A DNA stretch of 64,000 nt, from NCBI GenBank assembly GCA_026770705.1, contig JANJGN010000012.1, positions 29,946,001 to 30,010,000 on the forward strand, given 5' to 3'. The position numbers and the translations under genes were made by a program. A model generated the notes under the pieces. The model did no database searches. It saw nothing but the letters and a program-made list of their open reading frames with translations, and was not told where the DNA came from. The DNA is from Isurus oxyrinchus. Lineage: Eukaryota. The number at the start of each line of letters is the position of its first letter. Position 1 is the stretch's first letter. Below, in pieces: positions 30,201 through 42,200 of this stretch.

Positions 30201-33200
30201 GTTGTGAAAATTTCCCAGTGTTCATGTTATGTGAAATGGTCTTGGAGCTCAAATGCAGTCACAATTCCCGGCCACGTTATCTTTCTTAATGTCTTTCAGT
30301 AAATGCAAGTTCGAACAACAAGTGTGGCATATAAATTGTTAAAAAAACTTAAATATATTGTTCCATTCTATTCAATTCCCTCAATAAGAATATATCCCTT
30401 TTTCAATCCCAGCAGCAGCAGTATCACCAACAAATAAACAGACATCCACCGCAGCACTGACCTCTACACCAGCTCCTGCCTCGACAACTGGAACAGCATC
30501 AACATCCACCGCAGGCTCTACTGAAGGGTCAATAACTGAAGAATCGACAATCACTACGTCACTCCCAACAACAAGTGGTGAGAAAACAAAAGCACTCTTT
30601 GCATCCATTCCATTATGAATTCATTCAAAGTGCTGGGAGAGAGAATCACATATTCAAAAGCTGTTGATACACTACAGTAGTATGTTGTAGTTATAATTTC
30701 CCAGAGTCAATCTGATGTCAAACTATCTTGGTACTTTAACGCTGCCACAATTCCCGGCCACGTTATCTTTCTTCGTGTCTTTCAGCAAATGCGAGTTCCA
30801 GCAAAATGTGGGGCACAAATTTCATTCAAAAACTTTAATATATTGTGTCATCAATTTCATTTGCCTCAATAACATTGTATCCCTTCTTCAATCACAGCGG
30901 CACAAGCATCAACAACAAATACACAGACGTCCACAGTAGCACTGACCATTTCATCAGCTCCTGCCACAACTAGTACAATAACACAAACATCTACAGCAAG
31001 CTTAACAGAAACATCGACATCTGAGGCAACGACAGTGACAACCTCACTCCCATCATCAAGTGGTGAGTAGCTGAGTGCCATCTATTCAGTTTTAATATCC
31101 TGTTTTCTTCCACCTACTGAATGTTGAGAAGCAGACAATGGACTTGTAAGAAAATAATATAGCATGAAGTTGGTCATGAATATGCAGAGTAGAATAACGT
31201 GCAAATGCCATTGTTTTGATTAATGCTTTGCAACATGGACATTCATTACTTGCTTTGCATATCTGACGAAGAAAGGAACTTTTCAGCTATGATAAAACGA
31301 TGTTGTTCCAGGCAATATGTATACCCATTCAGTCTATCCTCAATTTTAATTATAGCAACTGCAGAACTTTCAACTGCAAGTACACAGACATCCACTACAG
31401 CACAAGTCACCACATCAGCTCCTGCCTCAAGCAGTACGATATCATTGACAACTGCCGGGAGCTCTACAAAAGCATCAACAACTGCAGTAACATCAATCAC
31501 AACATCACTCCCTTCAACAAGTGGTGAGTATATGAGTGCTGTCTTAACACTTTGACCATCAATAATCCTTCCGGCCCACTCTGAGGTTTAAAAGACTAAA
31601 TTGGAGATCGGTCAAACGATTCTAGCAATGTGCTAGCTACAATTGCCACAAATAGAATAAGGCGCAGTTGAGATGTGCTCAGTACTTTTATTTCAACATC
31701 GTGAGCTATGTTACTAATTTTCATGATCTGGGAGTTCTAAGAAGTTGATTATTTGGGCCACACTTTTAGAATGCTGTTCCATGCTTTTTGAGTGCTTCCT
31801 TAAGCCTAACACCTCTTTTCATAACAGCAGCAACAGAAATTTCAACTGCAAATACACAGACATCCACAGCAGCAGAAACCTCGACATCAGCTTCTGTCTC
31901 AACAACTGCAACAGCACAAACTCCAGTGAGCTCAACTGAAACAACAATAACTGAAGCAACAACAGCCACCACTCCACTCCCATTAACAAGTGGTGAGTAT
32001 ACAAACGTACACTTTGCAGACATTACATTCTCATTCCAGTCAAAATGCAGAAATGTACAAACACTTAAAGAAATGTGAGAAATTATTCTACTCATGTATT
32101 GTTGGCTAGAATGATGCATTGGATAATCATACACTCGTGACATTTGGTGAAATATCCTCAGTTAAAATGAGGCTACGATATATTACTCAGGAGCTTCCAT
32201 TATTTCTCAGTTTTAACAAATCATAGAGCATAACCTTTGTGCAAATGCTTTGATATACTCCCCATGCTTACCTCAATAAAACATTGCCTGTTTCGACGAT
32301 AGCAGCAGATACATCATCTTCAAGTACACAGATGTCCACGGCAGCACTGACCTCTACGTCTGCTCCTCCCTCAATAAGTGGAACAGCATCAACATCCACC
32401 ATAGGCTACACAGCAGGGTCAACAGCTGAAGAATTGACAATCATGACGTCACTCCCAACAAGTGGTGAGAAAACGAAAGCACTCTTTGCATCCATTCCAT
32501 TATGAATTCATTCAAAGTGCTGGGAGATAGAATCACGTACACATAAACTATTAACACATGACAGAAGTATCCTGTTGTGAGAATTTCCCAGTGTTCATAT
32601 TATGTGAAATGGTCTTGGAGCTCAAATACAGTCACAATTCCCGGCCACGTTTTCTTTCTTCGTGTCTTTCAGGAAATGCGAGTTCCAACAAAAAGTGGGG
32701 CATATAAATTGTTAAAAAAACTTTAATATATTGTTCCATTCTTTTCAATTCCCTCAATAACAATATATCCCTTTTTCAGTCCCAGCAGCAGCAGTATCAC
32801 CAACAAATAAACAGACATCCAGCGAAGCACTGACCTCTACATCAGTTCCTGCCTCGACAAGTGGAACAGCATCAACATCCACCGCAGGCTCTACTGAAGG
32901 GTCAACAACTGAAGAATTGACAATCACTACGTCACTCCCAACAACAAGTGGTGAGAAAACAAAAGCACTCTTTGCATCCATTCCATTATGAATTCATTCA
33001 AAGTGCTGGGAGATAGAATCAGGTTCTCAAAAGCTATTGATACATTAGAGTAGTATGTTGTTGTTATTATTTCCCAGAGTTAATGTTATGTCAAATAGTC
33101 TTGGTACAATTCTCAATTCCCGGCCACGTTATCTTTATTCGGGTCTTTCAGCAAATGCAAGTTCCAACGAAAAGTGGGCCACAAATTTCGTTCAAAGACT

Positions 33201-36200
33201 TTAATATATTGTTCCATCCATTTCAATTCCCTGAATAACAATGTATCCCTTCTTCAATCGCAGCGGCACAAGCATCTGCAACAAATACACAGACGTCCAC
33301 AGTAGCACTGACCTCTTCATCAGCTTCTGACTCAACAAGTACAATAGCACCAACATCTACAGCAAGCTCGACAGAAACAATGACATCCGAGGCAACGACA
33401 GTGACAACCTCACTCCCTTCATCAAGTAGTGAGTATCTGTGTGCTCTCTAATCAGTTCTACTATTCTGATTCCTTTCACCTACTGAATGTTGAGAAACAG
33501 ACAATGGACTTGTAAGAAAAGTATACAGCATGAAGTTGGTCATGAATATGCAGAGTAAAATAATGTTCAAATGCCATTATTTTGATTAATGCTGTGCAAC
33601 ATGGACATTCATTACTTGCTTTCCATATCTGACGAAGAAGGAAACTTTTCAGTTATGATATAATGATGTTGTTCCAGGCATTATGTATACCCATTCAGTC
33701 TATATTCAATTTTAATTATAGCAACTGCAGAAATTTCAACTGCAAGTCCACAGACATCCACTACAGCACAAGTCACCACATCAGCTCCTGCCTCGAGCAG
33801 TACGATATCATCGACAACTGCCGGGAGCTCTACAAAAGCATCGACAACTGCAGTAACATCAATCACAACATCAATCCCTTCAACAACTGGTGAGTATATG
33901 AGTGCTGTCTTAACACTTTGACCATCTCTGATCCTTCCAGCCCACTCTGAGGTTTAAAAGACTAAATTGGAGATCTGTCAAACGATTCTCGCATGGTGCT
34001 GGCTACAATTGCCACAAATAGAATAATGCGCAGATGAGATTTGCTCAGTACTTTTATTTCAACATGGAGAGCTATGTTACTAATTTTCATGATCTGGGAG
34101 TTCAAAGAAGTTGATTTCTTGGGCCAGACTTTTAGAATGTTGTTCCAGGCTTTTTGAGTGCTCCCATAAGCCTACCACCTCTTTTAATAACAGCAGCAAC
34201 AGAAATTTCAACCGCAAATACACAGACATCCACAGCAGCAGAAACCATGACATCAGCTTCTGTCTCAACAAGTGCAACAGTACAAACTACAGTGAGCTCA
34301 ACTGAAACAACAATAACTGAAGCAACAACAGCCACCACTCCACTCCCATCAACAAGTGGTGAGTATACGAAAGCACGCTTTGCAGACATTACATTCTCAG
34401 TCCAGTGAAAACGCAGAAATGTACAAACACATAAAGAAATGTGAGAAATTGTTCTACTCGTGTATTGTTGGCTAGAATGATGCATTGGATAATCATACAC
34501 TCATGACATTTTGTGAAATACCCTCAGTTAAAATGGGGCTACGATACGTTACTCAGGAGCTTCCATTATTTCTCAGTTTGTACAAATCATAGAGCATAAC
34601 CTTTGTGCAAACGCTTTGATATACTCCCCATGCTCTCCGCTTACCTCAATAAAACATTGCCTGTTTCGACGATAGCAGCAGATACATCATCTTCAAGTAC
34701 ACAGACGTCCACGGCAGCACTGACCTCTACATCAGTTCCTGCCTCGACAAGTGGAACAGCATCAACATCCACTGCAGGCTCTACTGAAGGGTCAACAACT
34801 GAAGAATCGACAATCACTACGTCCCTCCCAACAACAAGTGGTGAGAAAACAAAAGAACTCTTTGCTACCATTTCATTACGAATTCATTCAAACTGCTGCA
34901 TGATATAAACACGTACACATAAACTATTAACATATGACAGGAGTATGTTGTTTTGAGAATTTCCCAGTGTTCATGTTATGTGAAATGGTCTTGCAGCTTA
35001 AATGCAGTCACAATTCCCGGCCACGTTATCTTTCTTAGTGTCTTTCAGTAAATACGAGTTCCAACAAAAAGTGTGGCATATAAATTGTTAAAAAAACTTA
35101 AATATATTGTTCCATTCTTTTCAATTCCCTAAATAAGAATATATCCCTTTTTCAATCCCAGCAGCAGCAGTATCACCAACAAATGAACAGACATCCGCCG
35201 CAGCACTGACCTCTACATCAGCTCCTGCCTTGACAACTGGAACAGCATCAACATCCACCACAGGCTCTACTGAAGGGTCAACAACTGAAGAATCGACAAT
35301 CACTACGTCCCTCCCAACAACAAGTGGTTAGAAAACAAAAGCACTCTTTGCATCCATTCCATTATGAATTCATTCAAAGTGCTGGGAGATAGAATCACGT
35401 ATTCAAAAGCTATTGATACACTACAGTAGTATGTTGTTGTTAAAATTTCCCAGAGTCGATGTGATGTCAAACTATCTTGGTAGTCTAATGCTGCCACAAT
35501 TCCCGGCCACGTTATCTTTCTTCGTGTGTTTCAGCAAATGCGAGTTCCAACAAAAAGTGGGGAATAAATTTCGTTCGAAACCTTTAATATATTGTGCCAT
35601 CCATTTCATTTGCCTCAATAACATTGTATCCCTTCTTTAATCACAGCGGCACAAGCATCAACAACAAATACACAGACTTCCACAGTAGCACTGACCGCTT
35701 CATCAGCTCCTGCTACAACAAGTACAATAACACAAACATCTACAGCAAGCTTGACAGAAACATCGACATCTGAGGAAACGACAGTGACAACCTCACTCCC
35801 TTCATCAAGTGGTGAGTAGCTGAGTGCCATCTATTCAGTTTTAACATTCTGTTTTCTTCCACCTACCGAATGTTGAGAAGCAGACAATGGACTTGTAAGA
35901 AAATAATATAGCGTGAAGTTGGTCATGAAAATGCAGAGTGCAATACCGTGCAAATGCCATTGTTTTGATTAATGCTTTGCAACATGGACATTCATTACTT
36001 GCTTTGCATATCTGACGAAGAAGGGAAATTTTCAGCTCTGATATAACGATGTTGTTCCAGGCATTATGTATACCCATTCAGTCTATCCTCAATTTTAATT
36101 ATAGCAACTGCAGAAATTTCAACTGCAAGTACACAGACATCCACTACAGCACAAGTCACCACATCAGCTCCTGCCTCAAGCAGTACGATATCATCAAAAA

Positions 36201-39200
36201 CTGCCGGGAGCTCTACAAAAGCATCGACAACTGCAGTAACATCAGTCACAACATCAATCCCTTCAACAACTGGTGAGTATATGAGTGCTGTCTTAACACT
36301 TTGACCATCTCTGATCCTTCCAGCCCACTCTGAGGTTTAAAAGACTAAATTGGAGATCTGTCAAACGATTCTCGCAAGGTGCTGGCTACAACTGCCCCAA
36401 ATAGAATAATGCGCAGATGAGATTTGCTCAGTACTTTTATTTCAACATGGAGAGCTATGTTACTAATTTTCATGATCTGGGAGTTCTAAGAAGTTGATTT
36501 CTTGGGCCAGACTTTTAGAATGTTGTTCCATGCTTTTTGAGTGCTCCCATAAGCTTACCACCTCTTTTAATAACAGCAGCAACAGAAATTTCAACTGCAA
36601 ATACACAGACATCCACAGCAGCAGAAACCGTGACATCAGCTTCTGTCTCAACAAGTGCAACAGTACAAACTACAGTGAGCTCAACTGAAACAACAATAAC
36701 AGAAGCAACAACAGCCACCACTCCACTCCCATCAACAAGTGGTGAGTATACGAAAGCACGCTTTGCAGACATTACATTCTCAGTCCAGTGAAAATGCAGA
36801 AATGTACAAACACATAAAGAAATGTGAGAAATTGTTCTACTCGTGTATTGTTGGCTAGAATGATGCATTGGTAATCATACACTCGTGACATTTGGTGAAA
36901 TACCCTCAGTTAAAATGAGGCTACGATACATTACTCAGGAGCTTCCATTATTTCTCAGTTTTAACAAATTATAGAGCATAACCTTTGTGCAAAAGCTTTG
37001 ATATACTCCCCATGCTCTCTGCTTACTTCAATAAAACATTGCCTGTTTCGACGATAGCAGCAAATACATCATCTTCTAGTACCCAGACATCCACGGCAGC
37101 ACTGACCTCTACATCAGTTCCTGCCTCGACAAGTGGAACAGCATCAACATCCACTGCAGGCTCTACTGAAGGGTCAACAACTGAAGAATCGACAATCACT
37201 ACGTCCCTCCCAACAACAAGTGATGAGAAAACAAAAGAACTCTTTGCTACCATTTCATTACGAATTCATTCAAACTGCTGCATGATATAAACACGTACAC
37301 ATAAACTATTAACATATGACAGGAGTATGTTGTTTTGAGAATTTCCCAGTGTTCATGTTATGTGAAATGGTCTTGCAGCTTAAATGCAGTCACAATTCCC
37401 GGCCACGTTATCATTCTTAGTGTCTTTCAGTAAATGCGAGTTCCAACAAAAAGTGGGGCATATAAATTGTTAAAAAAACTTTAATATATTGTTCCATTCT
37501 TTTCAATTCCCTCAATAAGAATATATCCCTTTTTCAATCCCAGCAGCAGCAGTATCACCAACAAATAAACAGACATCTGCCGCAGCACTGACCTCTACAT
37601 CAGCTCCTGCCTCGACAACTGGAACAGCATCAACATCCACCGCAGGCTCTACTGACGGGTCAATAACTGAAGAATCGACAATCACTACGTCACTCCCAAC
37701 AACAAGTGGTGAGAAAACGAAAGCACTCTTTGCATCCATTCCATTATGAATTCATTCAAAGTGCTGGGAGATAGAATCACGTATTCAAAAGCTATTGATA
37801 CACTACAGTAGTATGTTGTTGTTATAATTTCCCAGAGTCGATGTGATGTCAAATAGTCTTGGTACAATTCACAATTCCCGGCCACGTTATCTTTCTTCGT
37901 GTCTTTCAGCAAATGCGAGTTCCAACGAAAAGTGGGGCACAAATTTCGTTCAAAGACTTTAATATATTGTTCCATCCATTTCAATTCCCTCAATAAGAAT
38001 ATATCCCTTTTTCAGTCCCAGCAGCAGCAGTATCACCAACAAATAAACAGACATCCACTGCAGCACTGACCTCTACATCAGCTCCTGCCTCGACAAGTGG
38101 AACAGCATCAACATCCACTGCAGGCTCTACAGAAGGGTCAACAACTGAAGAATCGAAAATCCCTGCATCACTCCCAACAACAAGTGGTGAGCATATGAAA
38201 GCACAATTTGCAGCCATTCCACTTTGAATCCTTTCAGTCTGCTGGAAGGTATACAACAAGTATCAAAGGATTACAGGAATATGTTGATGCCTATAATTTC
38301 CCAGGGTTAATTATATTTAAAATTATCTTGGTGCTCTGATGCTGTTACAATTCAAGTCCATGTTATCTTTCTCAGTATTGTCATTCTCTCTGAGTTTGTT
38401 CAAAATTTAGAGCATAATTTACGTGCATAAACCTTATTATATTGTTCCATCCTTTTTAATTTCCCTTAAACAAAGCATCATCATTCAAAGCATCATCATA
38501 CAAATACAGACGTCCACAGCAGCAGGAGCGTCTACATCAGCTCCTGCCTCAACAAGTACAATAGCACCAACATCTACAGCAAGCTTGACAGAAGCATCAA
38601 CATCTGAGGCAAAAACTGTGACAACCTCACTCCCTTCAACAAGTGATGGGTACTGAGTGCTCTCTACTCAGTTGTAACATGCTGATTTCTTTTGCATACT
38701 GCAATTTTACAAATAAATAATGGAAATGTAAGAAAATAATATAGCATTATGTTGGCTATGAATATGCAGAGTAGAATAATCTGCAAATGTCATTTTGTGA
38801 TTAGTGCTTTCCAACATGGCCATTAATTGGTTGCATTGCATCACAGGCAAAGGTGACTTTTCAGCTCTAATGTTTCAATGTTGTTCCAGGCATGTTTACA
38901 CATCACATTAAGTCTATCTTCTATTTTTAGTAACAGCAGCAGCAGAACAGTTGACTGCAAATATACAGACCTCCATTGCAGCAGGAGCCTCTACATCAGC
39001 TCCTGCCTCAACAAGTACGATAGCATTGAGAACTGCAGTGATATTAATCACAACGTCACTCCCTTCGACAAATGGTGAGTGTATAAGTGCTGTCTTAAGA
39101 TTTCGACCATTTTTAATCATTCCAGCCCACTCCGAGGTTTAAAAGCCGAAATTGAAAATATATCAAATGATTATAGATTATAGCATGACGCTGGCCTAAG

Positions 39201-42200
39201 TGGAATAATGCACAGATGAGATTTGCTCATTACTGTTTTTTCAACATGGTTAGGTATGTTACTAATTTTCAAGGTATGAGAGTTCTAAGAAGTTGATATT
39301 TGGGCTAGACTTTTAGTATTTTGTTCCATGCTTTTTGTGTACTTCCTTAAATCTATCACCTCTTTTAATAACAGCAGCAACAGAAACTTCAGCTGCAAAT
39401 ACACATACATCCACAGCAGCAGAAACCTCAACATCAGCTTCTGTCTCAACAAATACATTAGCGCAAACAACTACAGTGAGTTCCAATGAAGCATCAACAA
39501 CTGCAGCAACAACAGGCACTACTCCACTCCCATCAACAAGTGGTGAGTATATGAAAACACGCTTTGCAGCCATTCCATTATGAACCCTTTCAAACTGCTG
39601 AAAGGTAGAGGCATGTACACAAAAGGTATCAAAAAATTACAGGGGTATTTTGTTACCTATAATTTCCCAGGGTTAATGAGATGTTAAACACTCTTGGTAC
39701 TTTAATGCTGTCACAATTCCCGGACATGTTATCTTTCTCATCTTGTTCATTATATGTGAGTTTTGACAACAATTAGAGCACAATTATCATTCAAAAACCT
39801 TAATATATTGTTCCATTCTTTTAATTTCCCTCAATGACAATATATCCTTTCTTTAATCACAGCTGCAGAAGCATTGACAATAAATACACAAATGTCAACA
39901 GCAGCGCCGACCTCTACATCAGCTCTTGCGTCAACAAGTAGATTAGCACCAACAACTGCAGCAACTGCACCTGAACCATCAACGACAATGACAACTTCCC
40001 TCCTTTCAACAAGTAGTGAGTTCACAAGTGCTTTCATATTAGTTGTATCTTTCTCATTCTTTTCAATATTTTGCAAGTTTATAAATATAGAATGGGAAAG
40101 TAGCACAAGATTATAGTATAATGTTGGTATAGGATGTTTGTAATGCCCTTGACTTTGACTAGAGGCACTGGATTCAAGTCCAACTCCAGGACTTTTTAGC
40201 TTTGGATGGAGCTTTCATATTGCAGTTCAGTAGGTTGATAATCAGCCTGCTAATCCTTCTAACACTTCCCACTATTCCCCAAAGAGGAAAAAGTGTGTGT
40301 GAAGATAACAAACAAACTAACTTCTGCCGTATCTTGGAGGGTGGGTCATTGATGGAGCAGTTGAAGATGGTTGGATCTAGACATCACCCTGAGGTTAGTG
40401 AGATGTAAGTATGCAGATTAAAGCATTGCAGCATATGTGATGGTGAGGTGAGGCTATGATTATGAGTTATAAATCTTGGCTGATGCTAATGTAGCAGTTA
40501 AAATCTGAGAGTAACAATTCCATGATTAAGATTGATGATACGCATACTCCACATTCTGCTTTTATACCTCATGGGGTCAAGGTCATTGTTGTAAACGTGT
40601 TTAGGTGCCTGCAGAACTAGTGGTCCTGCAGGGGCACCCAACAGCAGAAAGGATATGCTTTTGGAGTGCCCCCTCCACCAACCCTCTGAAAGGGAAAATC
40701 CAGCGCTTGTCAGCCCATTAAGGACCATAGTGGTAATTTGTGTGTGGAACCGGAAGACGTAGGTAGGGTTCTAAATGAATACTTTGTATCAGTGTTCACA
40801 AGTGAGAGGAACGACATGGGTATGGAAATCAGGCAGAAGGACTGTAATATAACTAAAGAAATTAGCATAGAAAGGGAGGAAGTTCTGGAGGGAGGAGTAA
40901 TGGTACCACACTGGCTGTCCTCCAGTCCGCTGGCACCTCTTCTCTGGCCAGAGAGGTATTGAAAATTATTGCCAGTGCCCCTGCTATCTCCTCCCTTGTC
41001 TCACTCAACAGCCTGGGATATATTTCATCCAGGCCTGGACATTTATCTACTTTTCAGCCTGCCAGACCACTCTGTAATGTAATGAGAAAATAGCTACCAG
41101 AAATTTAAAGAAGTTCTGAGGTTAAATATATTCAATCTCTTCTAGCACTTGCAGCTCAGTGCTTACTTCCTATCATTGGGTTGAACAGCAGAATATGAAG
41201 CATATCCAGAGAGTTCAGGAACAACCCCTTTCTCCCACCACCACTCCATGTACAGCGTTAACTGTCAGGACATGGGGAACTGGGCAGAGAAACATCCACC
41301 TTGAATCTGGGGTATGTGAATTGAATGAGTACAAGTTTGGCAGAGCTGGTGTATGCTCCAATATTAAATCCCCATACCTCATATTGTGTCAACAGCGGAA
41401 TTCTACCCCTTGCTCACCTCACGCAGCAATTTCATAATCTGAAGGTAAAAGAAAAGGGTGACTGTTGGATGCATGAATATTTGTGTAACAGTCTTGAATG
41501 TTCTATTTTCTGCAACAGAATCATCATCTATTGTGACACCATCAGGAAGAGAAACCCCTTCTACATCCATTCAAATCTCAACAAATGTACATGCAACAAG
41601 CTCAGCAGTGCTGGTGACCACCAGTGAAGCAGCCACAACACAAACAACCAGCCCAATGACAGGTACAGGCAGGAACAACATTGAGATGTATATTTATGTA
41701 GCAAAGTTCTCTCAATTATTTTGATCTTTGTCAAAGAAGTGTGTTTTTGTACCATCATTTGAAATGTTTTCCATTTTTGTAATTTGAAATATCTGTGATA
41801 TTTTGAACTCATAGAGTCATAGAGGTCTACAGCACAGAAAAAGGCCCTTCCGCCCATCGAGTCTGCGCCGGTCAAACAAGTACCTAACTATTCTAATCCC
41901 ATTTTCCAGCATTAGGCCCATAGCCTTGTATGCCATGGCATCACAAGTGCACATCCAACTACTTCTTAAATGTTATGAGGGTTTCTGCCTCTACCACCCT
42001 GTCAGGCAATGAGTTCCAGATTCCCACCACCCTTTGGGTGAAAACATTCTTCCTTATATCCCCTCTAAACCTCCTGCCCCTTACCTTAAATCTATGCCCC
42101 CTGGTTATTAATCCCTTCACCAGGGGGAAACGTTCCTTCCTGTCTACCCTATCTATGCCATCATAATTGTATACACCTCAATCATGTGCCCCCTGAATCT

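Larger units (their letters stand above)
1..40020 (+). repeat. Tandem array of ~85 exon-intron monomers (~480 bp) in higher-order repeats (A-B-C-D-E 5-mer ~2381 bp; A'-B'-D-E 4-mer ~1860 bp)
   Basis: Near-identical ORFs recur at fixed offsets: 11920->14301 (2381), 23305->27546 (4241), 16683->23305 (6622). Introns are repeated along with the exons. Confidence 0.97.

Noticed and set aside
1-40020. CRISPR array or prokaryotic repeat/phase-variation cassette system
   Set aside because: There are no short repeats with unique spacers and no cas or recombinase genes; spliceosomal introns, LINEs and SINEs show vertebrate DNA.
1-40020. V(D)J-like segments with recombination signal sequences (CACAGTG occurs at some D-exon acceptors)
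   Set aside because: CACAGTG arises from the acceptor cacag plus exon TG, is CACAGCG in other copies, has no properly spaced ACAAAAACC nonamer that I could see, and the segments are not Ig domains.
1-40020. Dscam-style mutually exclusive splicing with docking/selector sequences
   Set aside because: The introns (~300 nt) allow consecutive splicing, all exons are frame-compatible, and I found no complementary docking element by eye; an RNA-pairing search was not possible.
80-40106. Dozens of repeated minus-strand Val/Asp-rich ORFs (e.g. MVAKSSFIFSPLVVGSDVV...)
   Set aside because: They are antisense shadows of ACA/TCA/GCA-rich PTS exons; splice signals and downstream SEA exons define the + strand.
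102-40116. Plus-strand 60-110 aa ORFs as a family of small secreted peptides or separate genes
   Set aside because: They begin at GTG/TTG or incidental ATGs in polypyrimidine tracts and run through GT donors into introns; only the AG..GT core is PTS-coding.
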